Positions 29,731-39,349 of a DNA stretch of 64,000 nucleotides are shown here, in pieces (the first letter of the stretch is position 1; every line of letters begins with the position of its first letter). Location of the stretch: the NCBI GenBank assembly GCA_050309605.1, contig JBNRMN010000073.1, positions 1-64,000 of the forward strand. The letters are read 5' to 3'. Source of the stretch: Anaerohalosphaeraceae bacterium. Lineage in GTDB: Bacteria; Planctomycetota; Phycisphaerae; Sedimentisphaerales; Anaerohalosphaeraceae. Both the position numbers and the translations under genes were made by a program. The notes under the pieces are model-generated. The model saw only the letters and a list, made by a program, of their open reading frames with translations. It was not told the origin of the DNA and did not search any database.

Positions 29731-30347
29731 CCCAACACCGTTTTTAGATGTTCACGAACCGCCTGATGTATCATCTCGACCGATGCCCGCGCATCAATCA
29801 CCGCCGCATTGGGGCAGTGTTCCAGCATCGCTAAAAAACCCTCACGCACACGAGTATGATACTCAGCGCCTTTCTGTTCCATCCGATCCAAATCCCGATT
29901 CATCCGCTGCCGTGCGGTTTCGACATCCACGTCCAGAATAATTGTCACATCCGGCCAGACTCGTTCCAGGGCCGCCTCGGCCACAGCCAGCACCTTCTCT
30001 ACACCGACCCCGCCGGCGTATCCCTGATACGCACAAGTACTGCTCAACCACCGATCCATCACCACAAACCGTCCGTGTTTCAGATCCGGTCCGATATGTT
30101 CGGCCCAAAGCTGCGCTCGCGCGGCCATATACAGCAGGACCTCAACCGTATCCGTTATTGCCGTATGCGACGGATCCAGCAGAATCTCGCGAATTTTTTC
30201 CCCGATCGCGGTTGTCCCCGGATCGCGATAAGAGACCACCTCCCATCCCTGCTGGGTGATCCACTCGGCCAGCAGCCGTGTCTGCGTACTCTTTCCGCAG
30301 CCGTCCGGCCCGTCGAGCACAATAAAATGTCCCGTTTGGTTTATCAT
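29715..30347 (-). CDS. tmk: Thymidylate kinase
   Basis: DGPDGCGKSTQ, LLYMAARAQ, DRW..ST.AYQG, DRMEQ. Confidence 0.95.
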   Translation of the reverse strand: MINQTGHFIVLDGPDGCGKSTQTRLLAEWITQQGWEVVSYRDPGTTAIGEKIREILLDPSHTAITDTVEVLLYMAARAQLWAEHIGPDLKHGRFVVMDRWLSSTCAYQGYAGGVGVEKVLAVAEAALERVWPDVTIILDVDVETARQRMNRDLDRMEQKGAEYHTRVREGFLAMLEHCPNAAVIDARASVEMIHQAVREHLKTVLGWQSG

Positions 30348-31120
30348 CTTTTTTCGGTTTCAATCGCGATAAACAATACCGTCGCCAGCATCAATGTCAG
30401 AATCGTCAGACTCTGGATCAAATGACCTGCGGTCAACGCGATATAATACACCGGGCCGTCTTTCGGAGCAAGCGATACAATGATCCCTATGACTGCCATC
30501 ACCGCCAGTCCCGACCCGTAAAATCTCGGCAGTATGCCTAAATTGCTTAGATGCACTTGCCGTATCATGGCAAAGGCCTCAACCGCCTTATAATCCAGCA
30601 CCAACATAAACGACGGAATCAGGAACAGGGGTTTGACCAGCAGGGCGACAGCGCCTGTCATCATCAATGTCATCAGCCACGGGGGAAACGATTCGGCCTG
30701 CTTATAGCCTGTCGCCGCGACGATCAGGATGGCCAAAACACCGGAAACGACCCAAACGGCCAATCCCAATAGAATCTGGACGCCCAGTATCCGCCAGAAA
30801 TACGGACGTCCCGTCCTGAGCAGGGTACTCGGTTCCTGCGGTTTGGCTCCATCGGTCGCCGCTGTCCGCAAAAATCCCAGATACAGCATCTGCCACACAA
30901 TCGCCAGGATCATACAACCCATGCCCAGCACAAACATCGTCCAGTCCGGCATCGTGGCCGGGCGCGATGGATCCATCCCGCTGCGAAGCATAATTTGATC
31001 CAGAAGCACCATCAGTCCCGCCTGAAATACAACGACCAGAGTGATCTCTGGCCGCCGAAACTTGAAGATGTCGCCAATTTGACTCAATAATATCTCTGAA
31101 TTTCTTTTCATTCCGCGCAT
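30344..31120 (-). CDS. Hypothetical integral membrane protein (about 6 TM)
   Basis: Hydrophobic ORF whose stop overlaps the tmk start (ATGA). Confidence 0.75.
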   Translation of the reverse strand: MRGMKRNSEILLSQIGDIFKFRRPEITLVVVFQAGLMVLLDQIMLRSGMDPSRPATMPDWTMFVLGMGCMILAIVWQMLYLGFLRTAATDGAKPQEPSTLLRTGRPYFWRILGVQILLGLAVWVVSGVLAILIVAATGYKQAESFPPWLMTLMMTGAVALLVKPLFLIPSFMLVLDYKAVEAFAMIRQVHLSNLGILPRFYGSGLAVMAVIGIIVSLAPKDGPVYYIALTAGHLIQSLTILTLMLATVLFIAIETEKR

Positions 31121-31264
31121 TGAACCGCCTGTAGAATTGTAAATCCTATACGGTTAAGTATGATACAGCAAAATCAACACAAAAGAAAGCGTTTTACACA
31201 ATACGGCGTCAGAGATAGCAGCAGACCGTTTTTCGGATATCAATACGGTTTTTGCGCATAACAA

Positions 31265-32179
31265 TTATGACCCAACACTGTTTTTGCGGTATTGTTGGGG
31301 GGTAACGCCGAAGGTTTGTTTGAAGAGCCGGTGAAAAAAGTGGATATTTTCATAGCCGCAGCGAGCGGCAATCTCCGAGCATCGCAGCGCCGTGGCCCGC
31401 AGCAGCGTCCGGGCTGCCTCCAGGCGAAGCTGTTTTTGATACTCCAGCGGGGCGATGCCGAACGCCTTCCGAAATGCTCGAAACAAATACCCCTTCGAAA
31501 ACCCTGCCAACTGCGATAATTCTTCAATCCGGATGGGTGTATTATAGTGCTGCTCGATGTATTGCCGAACACGAATTACTCGCTCATCGGCAATGCCGCC
31601 GGACGCGGCCGGTTTAACGCACGCCTGCACGATAAAATGCAGGAGCTTGAGCAGGGCGTATTGCAGATAAAATTCTGATAGCGGATGTTCAACCCCCGCC
31701 AAATCGGCAATTTCGGTCAACAGGGCGTTCAGCACGCTGATCTCGGCGTCCGGCAGCCGCATCGGATTATGCAAATCGATTTGTGCCCCGGCCCATTGCT
31801 CAAGCAGTTCTTCAAATGGCAAGGTCAGAGGCTCGCATTGTTCATTTTCAAATGCCAGCGTCAGTTCTGAATAAACGGCATTGCCGAACCGTGTGATAAA
31901 ATCGTGCGGCTGGCCCGGCGAAACGAGAATGACCGTGCCGGGTTTGGCAGGATATTCCAGGCGATTCAGCAGGCACACTCCGCTGCCGGCGGTATAAAGC
32001 ACAATATGATACAGATTGTGTCGATGTTCTCGGAACGTGTGGATGTCGCCGACAGGTCTGTCCTGAGCAATTGTAGTATGCAGAACAACCGGTCGATATA
32101 CATCTTTATCATGGAGGATGCGAAGCACATTGCACCCCGACACTCCGTTTTTGTTGCGTACATAGCGATACATAGTCAT
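31265..32179 (-). CDS. AraC-family regulator with cupin sensor
   Basis: HRH..YHIV...PGQPH cupin; C-terminal double HTH (IAARCGYENIHFFHRLFK..GVTP..YR). Confidence 0.92.
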   Translation of the reverse strand: MTMYRYVRNKNGVSGCNVLRILHDKDVYRPVVLHTTIAQDRPVGDIHTFREHRHNLYHIVLYTAGSGVCLLNRLEYPAKPGTVILVSPGQPHDFITRFGNAVYSELTLAFENEQCEPLTLPFEELLEQWAGAQIDLHNPMRLPDAEISVLNALLTEIADLAGVEHPLSEFYLQYALLKLLHFIVQACVKPAASGGIADERVIRVRQYIEQHYNTPIRIEELSQLAGFSKGYLFRAFRKAFGIAPLEYQKQLRLEAARTLLRATALRCSEIAARCGYENIHFFHRLFKQTFGVTPQQYRKNSVGS

Positions 32180-32303
32180 TATTGTGCAATAAAAAGCGAT
32201 AAATAACTAAATAATCTTTTATCCTAAAGTATTATAGTATAATAGCTACAGGACGTCAAAGCAGTTTTGCTTTGTGAAAGCCAATGAAAAGCGGCGAGGG
32301 ATT

Positions 32304-33341
32304 ATGACAAACGAACAATGGCAGATGTTACTCAAGCTTATCGAGGGCAAGGCAATCCGGCCCTTGCCGGTCGGTTTTATTATTGACAGTCCCTGGCTGC
32401 CCGGCTGGGCGGATATCTCCACACTGGACTATTTTTCCAGCGACGAATGCTGGTTCGAGGCCAACAAAAAAGCCGTCCGGACCTTCCCTGAGGTCATGTT
32501 CCTGCCGGGTTTCTGGAGTGAGTTCGGAATGTGCACCGAGCCGAGCGCCTTTGGCGCCAAATGTTCGTTCCACCGAAACGATCTGCCCTATGCCGACAAA
32601 ATCATTCATCAGCCGAGTGATATTGACCGGCTGGGCGCCCCGAATCCCCAAACCGACGGCCTGGCTCCGTTTGTACTGAATCGGCTGGTGCTCAATCGCC
32701 GCCGCATCGAGTCGCTGGGGCATCACATTCGATTTGCCGTCGCCCGAGGGCCGCTCAATATCGCCTCTTTTTTGATGGGGACAACCGAGTTTCTGATGGG
32801 CCTTCGCACCGACACGGAAAAAATCCACAAACTTCTCGATATGATCACCGACTACACCGTCCGCTGGCTGGAGCTGCAAAAGAAAACCATTGACACCATC
32901 GACGGGGTGTTTATCCTTGATGATATTGTCGGGTTTTGCGGTGAGCCGGATTTTCGGGAGTTTGCCGCTCCGTATTTGAAACGACTCTTTGGATGTCTCG
33001 ATGTGCAGGTCAAGTTCTTTCATAACGATGCCGACGGACGCGGCTGTGCGGGGCATTTGTCCTCCCTGGGGGTCAATCTGTTCAATTTCAGCTTTCTGCA
33101 CTCGCTCGAAGAGATGAAGACCTGGACGACTAATCAGGTAACACTCGTAGGCAATATTCCGCCGCGCGATGTGCTGGCCCTTGGCTCACCCGATGCGGTT
33201 CGTCAAAGCGTCCGGCAGGCGCTGGCGCCGCTTTCGGACAAACGCCGTGTTCTCTTGTCCTGCGGCGGCGGAATGCCCGACGGCGTATCAACCGAAAACA
33301 TACAATCCTTTATTCAGGCCGCTCAGGAGATCAAACAATGA
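32304..33341 (+). CDS. Uroporphyrinogen decarboxylase/MtaA-CmuA superfamily protein
   Basis: EPSAFG, GPL..AS.LMG, F.EF..PYLK, FFHND, GNIPP.DVL..G, LSCGGG...G...ENI. Confidence 0.85.
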   Translation: MTNEQWQMLLKLIEGKAIRPLPVGFIIDSPWLPGWADISTLDYFSSDECWFEANKKAVRTFPEVMFLPGFWSEFGMCTEPSAFGAKCSFHRNDLPYADKIIHQPSDIDRLGAPNPQTDGLAPFVLNRLVLNRRRIESLGHHIRFAVARGPLNIASFLMGTTEFLMGLRTDTEKIHKLLDMITDYTVRWLELQKKTIDTIDGVFILDDIVGFCGEPDFREFAAPYLKRLFGCLDVQVKFFHNDADGRGCAGHLSSLGVNLFNFSFLHSLEEMKTWTTNQVTLVGNIPPRDVLALGSPDAVRQSVRQALAPLSDKRRVLLSCGGGMPDGVSTENIQSFIQAAQEIKQ

Positions 33342-34615
33342 CATACAGTACACGCACCTTCACATCGGCAATGGGTCTTGCGGGGTTTCTTTTCGTCATT
33401 TTTGCCGCGCCGCCCCTCGGTGCTGCGCATCAATTTACGCTGACCGCCGAAAACGCGGCAATTCTGCCGGTGCCGTTGTCGCTGGATCTGGAAGGGATTG
33501 CCGTTCCCGACACCCACACGCCGCGGTTGTACCGCATTGACGGCGGCAGGAAAATCCCGCTGGCCAGTCAACTGGATCTTTCGCGCGCCGCTCGATTGTG
33601 GTTCATTCCCGATCAGACGATTCAGCCGGGCCAAAGCGTGCAGTTGGAACTAACGATGGAACAGGCATCTGCCTCCTCGGTTCCGCTAAGCGCGACGGTC
33701 GATGAAAAAACAATAACCCTGCTCTATCAAAGCAAGCCCATTCTCAGTTATCACCACGCCGAACATCCGGTTCCCGAAGGCGTCAATCCCATCTTTCGAC
33801 GCAGCGGTTTCATTCATCCGCTTTACACGCCCGATGGGATGGTGGTTACCCGCATTCAGCCGCCCGATCACTATCACCATTACGGTATCTGGAGCCCCTG
33901 GACGGTTACACAGATTGAAGGACGGCAGGTCGATTTCTGGAATCTGGCCAAAGGCGAAGGGCGCGTCAGGTTTGCGGGCTTGCTGTCCACCGTTGCCGGC
34001 CCTGTTTATGCCGGTTTTCAGGTGCATCAGGAGCACGTGATGTATCTCGGCGAGGAACAAATCGAAAAGGTTGCGATGAACGAAGTCTGGGATATCCGCG
34101 CCTCAGCCGTTCGTCTTGACGGGCGTACTGCCTGGCTGGTGGATTATACCTCGACGCTGAATAACGCCTTGTCAAGTCCCATTGAATTGTCGGCCTATCG
34201 GTACGGCGGGGGGGTGGGGTTTCGAGCCACCGATGACTGGACCAAAGACAACGTGACGGTTCTGACCAGCGAGGGCAAGGCCCGCAATGAAGCCGACGGC
34301 ACGCGCGCCCGCTGGGCGGATCTGCGCGGCGTCGGACGCAATAAAACCGGCACGGCCGGCGTCTTGTTCTTAAGCCACCGCGCCAATCGGGAACACCCCG
34401 AACCGATGCGCGTCTGGCCGGACAACGCCACCGGTAATGGTCTGATGTTTTTTGAATTTTGTCCGATTCGGCATAATGACTGGATACTCCGGCCTCATCA
34501 AAACTATGTCCTGCGGTATCGGATGCTCGTCTATGACGGTCGGATAGCGCCGGAACGTGCAGAAACGTTATGGAATAATTTTTCTCAACCTCCACTCATT
34601 AAGGTGCAGCAATGA
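33338..34615 (+). CDS. Secreted 'PmoA'/DUF6807-family protein (not methane monooxygenase)
   Basis: Signal peptide; RSGFIHPL.TP.G, PPDHYHHYGIW, YGGG.GFR, HPEPMRVW. Confidence 0.8.
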   Translation: MTYSTRTFTSAMGLAGFLFVIFAAPPLGAAHQFTLTAENAAILPVPLSLDLEGIAVPDTHTPRLYRIDGGRKIPLASQLDLSRAARLWFIPDQTIQPGQSVQLELTMEQASASSVPLSATVDEKTITLLYQSKPILSYHHAEHPVPEGVNPIFRRSGFIHPLYTPDGMVVTRIQPPDHYHHYGIWSPWTVTQIEGRQVDFWNLAKGEGRVRFAGLLSTVAGPVYAGFQVHQEHVMYLGEEQIEKVAMNEVWDIRASAVRLDGRTAWLVDYTSTLNNALSSPIELSAYRYGGGVGFRATDDWTKDNVTVLTSEGKARNEADGTRARWADLRGVGRNKTGTAGVLFLSHRANREHPEPMRVWPDNATGNGLMFFEFCPIRHNDWILRPHQNYVLRYRMLVYDGRIAPERAETLWNNFSQPPLIKVQQ

Positions 34616-35418
34616 AAAAACAAATATGGGCGGGTCTATTGATCTCGGCGGTCGTGTGCCTGGGCCAAAGCGCGAAAGCGGAAGGCCGCATCCTGATTTA
34701 CACGCGAAACAGCGAAGGCTACATTCACGACAACATTCCCGCCAGTGTCGAATGTCTCAAAGCCATTTGTCGGACAAACGGCTGGACGTTTGAGACCACG
34801 GCGATTGACGATTCATCCATTTTCAATGACGCGGAAAAAATTGCCTCGTTTGATGTGCTGGTCTTTGCCAATACCAACAACGACGCCTTTGATAATGATG
34901 ACCAGCGTACCGTCTTTCAAAACTACATCCGCAACGGCGGGGCGTTCGTCGGCATTCACTCGGCCTGCGGTTCCGAGCGCAACTGGCCGTGGTTCTGGGC
35001 CAACCTTGGCGGCAAGTTTGTTCGCCACCCCCCGTTTCAGAAATTTGAAATCAAAGTCATTGACCCCAGGCACAGCTCAACTGCCCACTTACCGACGATA
35101 TGGCACTGGGAAGATGAGTTCTACTATATGAATGAATTGAATCCCGGTATCAAGGTCCTGCTGGCCGGCGACCTGCGCACGGTCGATGACAATCAGAAAG
35201 ACCGTTATCCCGGCCGCACCTTCGGCGACTATTTTCCGCTGGCCTGGTGTCAGGAATTTGACGGCGGCCGCCAGTGGTACACGGCGTTGGGGCATAAAAT
35301 TGAGCATTACCGGGATCCGAACTTTATCAAACACCTTGAAGGCGGCATCCGCTGGGCCATGGGCATTGAGTCAGCTCACAACCAGGCAAAACATAATAAC
35401 GAAAAACAAGGCGATTGA
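34612..35418 (+). CDS. Secreted ThuA-domain protein
   Basis: Signal peptide; GYIHDNIP, GGAFVGIHSA, GGKFVRHP, DEFY, GGRQWYTALGH, GGIRWA. Confidence 0.88.
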   Translation: MKKQIWAGLLISAVVCLGQSAKAEGRILIYTRNSEGYIHDNIPASVECLKAICRTNGWTFETTAIDDSSIFNDAEKIASFDVLVFANTNNDAFDNDDQRTVFQNYIRNGGAFVGIHSACGSERNWPWFWANLGGKFVRHPPFQKFEIKVIDPRHSSTAHLPTIWHWEDEFYYMNELNPGIKVLLAGDLRTVDDNQKDRYPGRTFGDYFPLAWCQEFDGGRQWYTALGHKIEHYRDPNFIKHLEGGIRWAMGIESAHNQAKHNNEKQGD

Positions 35419-35463
35419 ATTGTTATAGACAGAATAAAATAAGGTTAAAATTGAGGCGTGATT

Positions 35464-36314
35464 ATGAGAAAGGCATTTACTTTAATTGAGTTGCTGGTAG
35501 TGATCGCAATAATTGCGTTACTCCTGTCAATCATTGTGCCTTCCCTTCGGCTGGCGAAAATGAAGGCCTCCTCGGTGGTGTGCATGACCAACACCAAGAA
35601 TATGTCGTTGGCGTGGTACAGCTATCAATCCGATAACAACGGTCGGATTATGAGTGCTCAGATGGACGGAGTGGCTGACAATACCTATGTCGGCTGGATC
35701 GGGGCGCCCTATCGCAATACACCGGGCGATCTGTACAATACCGCGGTCAATACTCCGCCGATTACTGACCAGGATGCCATCCGGGGGATCAAACGCGGAC
35801 GGCTTCATGAGTATCTCAAGTCCCCGGAATCGTATCATTGTCCGGGGGATACACGGCGCAAAAGTATTTACGATCAGGTGACACCGTTTGTAACGTATTC
35901 TATGGCGCGGTGTCTTTACTGGCAACTGAACCGATCAGCGGATTCGTATCGGTACCAGATCACCAAATACAATGAGATCACCTCACCATCCAGCCGCTAT
36001 GTGTTCATCGAAGTGGCGCAGGAGCGCAACTGGAATCAATCGGGTTGGTTTTCGTTTGGTGCTCCGGAATATTCGGACGGTGTGGATGGGGCTGGTGGGA
36101 TCCGCTGGCCATCAATCACGGCGACAGCAGTATCATTGGCTATGTGGACGGTCATGCCGAGACACGCCGCTGGCGCGATTCGTTTACGCGGGAACGCGTT
36201 GAGAAGTTGAGCAATCAGAATGCGGATATGTATAATATCGAGTATCCGCCGGACGACCAAATCGAAGACATTCAGTATATGGCTCGCGGTTGGGCCTATC
36301 GCTATCGGCAATAG
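35464..36314 (+). pseudogene. Prepilin-type N-terminal / H-X9-DG (DUF1559-like) gene split by a frameshift
   Basis: AFTLIELLVVIAIIALL and C..N, CPGD in one frame; WWD.LAINHGDSSIIGYVDGHAE in another; frame switch near 36080-36095. Confidence 0.75.
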
Positions 36315-36409
36315 CATGAATATCAATAGGTCAAAAGGGAACAGAGTTGACGAAAATGACTGTGTTTTTTTGGAAACGAACAAAAAATGTATCCTGAATT
36401 AAGGGAAGT

Positions 36410-37804
36410 ATGATGAAACGAAGAGAATTCCTGAAAGGTTCTGTTGTTGCGGCGACGAGTGTGTTTGGAATGCCGACACTGGTGTCCTCGACCGCCGTGG
36501 CCAAGGCGCCGTCCTCGCCCAACGACAAGATTAACATTGCCCAGATCGGCTGCGGGCGGATTGCCAGAGATATGGATTTGCCCGGTGTGCTGCGTCATGA
36601 TCTGTGCCGCGTTGTTGCGACAGCGGACGTGGATATCAAACGCGCCCGCGACGGCAAGAAGCTGATTGAGGACTTCTACGAGAGACGAAAAGGCGATCGC
36701 GGCTATGTCGATGTCAAAGTCTATCAGGACTATCGCGAAATGCTGCGCGATGAAAGCATCGACGCCGTCGTTATCTCAACGCCCGATCACTGGCACGCCC
36801 GCCCGACCGCCGAGGCGGCACTGCTGGGTAAAGACGTCTTTTTACAGAAACCCGCCGCACTGACGATTGCCGAAGGCCGGATGATGAGCGATATCGTCAA
36901 TCGCACCGGCTGTGTCTTTCAGCTGGGCAGCCAGCAGCGCGCCAACAGTCCCTGGCCTCAATTCAAATGGGTCTGCGAGCTGGTTCGCAACGGCGCCATC
37001 GGACAGGTCAAACATGTCGAAATCGGCCTGCCCACCGATCCGTCCGGCAGACACTGGCCCGAAATGCCCGTCCCGGAAAACCTCAACTATGACATGTGGC
37101 TGGGTTCGACGCCCGTTGAGCCGTACACCGAAAACCGCGTCCATCCGCAGAACGGTTACGGGCGTCCCGGCTGGCTGCGCATTGAGGCTTACGGCGCCGG
37201 AATGATCACCGGCTGGGGCACGCACCACGTCGATACCGCGCATTGGGGCATGGGGACAGAATATACCGGTCCTATAGAGATTGAAGGAACCGCCGAGTTT
37301 CCCCAATCCGGTTTGTGGGATGTCCATGGCCCTTATGATATACGCAGCAAATACGCCAACGGCGTTACGATGCACATTAGCGACAAGCACCCCAACGGCG
37401 TCCGGTTCATCGGCGAGGAGGGCTGGATCTTTGTGTCGCGCGGCAGCGCCGGCGTGACGGCCTCCGACCCGACTTCCGGCGATCCCAACACCCAGGCGCT
37501 GCGAGTCAGCGACCCGAAGATTCTCCAGATGGAAATTGGTTCCAATGGTATCCATCTATACGAAAGCCCCGACATTCATTTGGACTGGCTTCGCTGTATC
37601 CGAACCCGACGCCAGGCGGTCGTGCCGGTTGAGGTGGCTCATCGCTCGTGCAGCGCGTGTTTGATCTATCATATTGCGATGAAAGTGCCCGGAACACTTC
37701 ATTGGGATCCGCGCAAAGAGCGATTCATTGATAACGACCAGGCCAATGCGATGCTCTCGCGTCCTCAGCGGGCGCCTTATGGTCTGGAGCATGTACGAAT
37801 ATAA
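36410..37804 (+). CDS. Tat-exported Gfo/Idh/MocA oxidoreductase
   Basis: KRREFLK Tat motif; IGCG, DAVVISTPDHWH, QKP, GSQQR, WLG. Confidence 0.92.
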   Translation: MMKRREFLKGSVVAATSVFGMPTLVSSTAVAKAPSSPNDKINIAQIGCGRIARDMDLPGVLRHDLCRVVATADVDIKRARDGKKLIEDFYERRKGDRGYVDVKVYQDYREMLRDESIDAVVISTPDHWHARPTAEAALLGKDVFLQKPAALTIAEGRMMSDIVNRTGCVFQLGSQQRANSPWPQFKWVCELVRNGAIGQVKHVEIGLPTDPSGRHWPEMPVPENLNYDMWLGSTPVEPYTENRVHPQNGYGRPGWLRIEAYGAGMITGWGTHHVDTAHWGMGTEYTGPIEIEGTAEFPQSGLWDVHGPYDIRSKYANGVTMHISDKHPNGVRFIGEEGWIFVSRGSAGVTASDPTSGDPNTQALRVSDPKILQMEIGSNGIHLYESPDIHLDWLRCIRTRRQAVVPVEVAHRSCSACLIYHIAMKVPGTLHWDPRKERFIDNDQANAMLSRPQRAPYGLEHVRI

Positions 37805-37842
37805 ATGCTCGACGGTCTCGACGACAGACAATGTATTTATTC

Positions 37843-37878
37843 AAGCCCGTTTCGGTTTAACCCAAACGGGTTTTTTTT
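37843..37878 (+). terminator. Rho-independent terminator
   Basis: CCCGTTT...AAACGGG stem followed by T8. Confidence 0.8.
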
Positions 37879-37890
37879 ACGGCAGGGGAC

Positions 37891-37919
37891 TTGCAACGCC
37901 GTGTGGTATCCGGTAGAAT
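37891..37919 (+). promoter_or_regulatory. sigma70 promoter for tRNA-Ser
   Basis: TTGCAA-N17-TAGAAT. Confidence 0.6.
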
Positions 37920-37970
37920 GCGCCGTCTGTGGCAGTTCCGGGCAGTCCGGGCCGTATAAAACTCAACAGT

Positions 37971-38057
37971 GGAGAGGTGTCGGAGTGGCTTATCGAGCTG
38001 GTTTCGAAAACCAGTGTACTCGTCAGAGTACCGCGGGTTCGAATCCCGCCCTCTCCG
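37971..38057 (+). tRNA. tRNA-Ser (anticodon CGA), CCA not encoded
   Basis: GGAGAGG/CCTCTCC acceptor stem, CTGGT-TTCGAAA-ACCAG anticodon arm, long variable arm, GGTTCGAATCC T-arm. Confidence 0.97.
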
Positions 38058-38295
38058 TTATTTTCTTTTATCCTGTCGCTGTCTCTGTAAATTTCAGTCA
38101 TTTTTCGCCGGCCTGCGCACAAAACCGCAGCAGTCAGCACCAAGGTTAAAGTGCAAACGGATGTCTTTTGTCTTAAAACAAGAAAAATGTTGAAATTTTC
38201 GCTTGCATTTTTACGATCGATAGATACAATACGACGTTCTCTTTGGTAAGAAAATATGCAGTTTATCAATAATCACTGGGAAGGTTTGAACTTTT

Positions 38296-38496
38296 ATGAT
38301 TAAAGTGAAATCTCGTGCGGGTGAAAGCATCCAGCAAATGGTCAAGCGGTTTAAGAAGATGTGCGAAAAAGAAGGCCTGATTCGTGACATCAAGCGAAAT
38401 GGTTATTATGAAAAGCCATCGGAGAAGAACCGCCGTAAACGCCGAAAATCTCAGCGGATGGCCCGCTTGGTCAGCAGCGGCACGCCCCGCATCTAA
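38296..38496 (+). CDS. rpsU: 30S ribosomal protein S21
   Basis: ESI...KRFKK.CEKEG...YYEKPSEK.RRK. Confidence 0.93.
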   Translation: MIKVKSRAGESIQQMVKRFKKMCEKEGLIRDIKRNGYYEKPSEKNRRKRRKSQRMARLVSSGTPRI

Positions 38497-38522
38497 ACCT
38501 TTCCGTCTTGGAACACCTCCTT

Positions 38523-38557
38523 CCGGACAGACGTGATGACGTTTGTCCGGTTTTTTG
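38523..38557 (+). terminator. Rho-independent terminator after rpsU
   Basis: CCGGACAGACGT/ACGTTTGTCCGG stem plus T7. Confidence 0.8.
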
Positions 38558-38604
38558 CGCGCAACTAAACACCCGTACACATTGCAAACGGGCGCCGGTA
38601 TGGA

Positions 38605-39153
38605 TTATTGATGCAAATCAAAGAGCGACTGGGTCTTGATTATCGTCAATTGGTCCGGGTACGCATGGAATGCATGGATATGCAGTTCGTTGCGTCGGGC
38701 TTCAAAATCGACATAGCTGAACGGCTCCAGGCTGCCGATAGACAGTTCCGGAAACGTTACGAACATTCCCCGATTGCGGGCGAACCGCTCCAGATCGTAA
38801 TGGCTTTGCCGATAGAGATTCGGACTCATTTTTTCGACCTGAAAATCGGTCATATAGCTCAGTCCGCGGCTGAGAGTACACTTGTGGGTGCGCTGCCCGC
38901 GGAACTGGAAACGCTCGATCAGGCCGCGTTTGGGAAGCATCTGCCCCGGCGGGCTGATCAGCTCGCTCAGACAGACATCGCCCACGAACACCGTGACCAC
39001 ATGTGAGCCGCCGGTAGCCCAGATCATCGTCTCATAAAGATCGGTCTTTAAGTGCCGTCGGGCGTATATAGTAAACAGCTCCGGATGGAGCGGGCGCTGG
39101 AAGAGTGAGAAAACCAGTTCACTGACAGCCAAATTGCTTCTGGGCGAATCCAT
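38605..39153 (-). CDS. DUF2617-like hypothetical protein
   Basis: L.F..F.RPLHPELF, SH, FH.YP....I.KTQSLF motifs. Confidence 0.7.
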   Translation of the reverse strand: MDSPRSNLAVSELVFSLFQRPLHPELFTIYARRHLKTDLYETMIWATGGSHVVTVFVGDVCLSELISPPGQMLPKRGLIERFQFRGQRTHKCTLSRGLSYMTDFQVEKMSPNLYRQSHYDLERFARNRGMFVTFPELSIGSLEPFSYVDFEARRNELHIHAFHAYPDQLTIIKTQSLFDLHQ

Positions 39154-39349
39154 AGTGTCTGTCCTGTCCAATAAAGATGCCGTTGCTCTGTTCTTATATA
39201 AGTGATTATACCGCAATCAGCTTGATTAAATCAACCCCCTTGTTAATACTGGAAACGGGAATACATCGGGCTTATCGGACGATTATTTTGCAAGTCCGGA
39301 ATTTGCAAGCAGTAAACAGGAGCGAAAAAAATGGAAAAATGTTCAAGAT

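Noticed and set aside
33338..34615. Methane oxidation suggested by the 'PmoA' family label
   Set aside because: Soluble secreted protein with no pmoCAB context; the label is a known misnomer for this family.
37971..38300. tRNA-Ser as an integration site for a genomic island
   Set aside because: No integrase and no duplicated tRNA 3' end noticed; flanked by the core gene rpsU.
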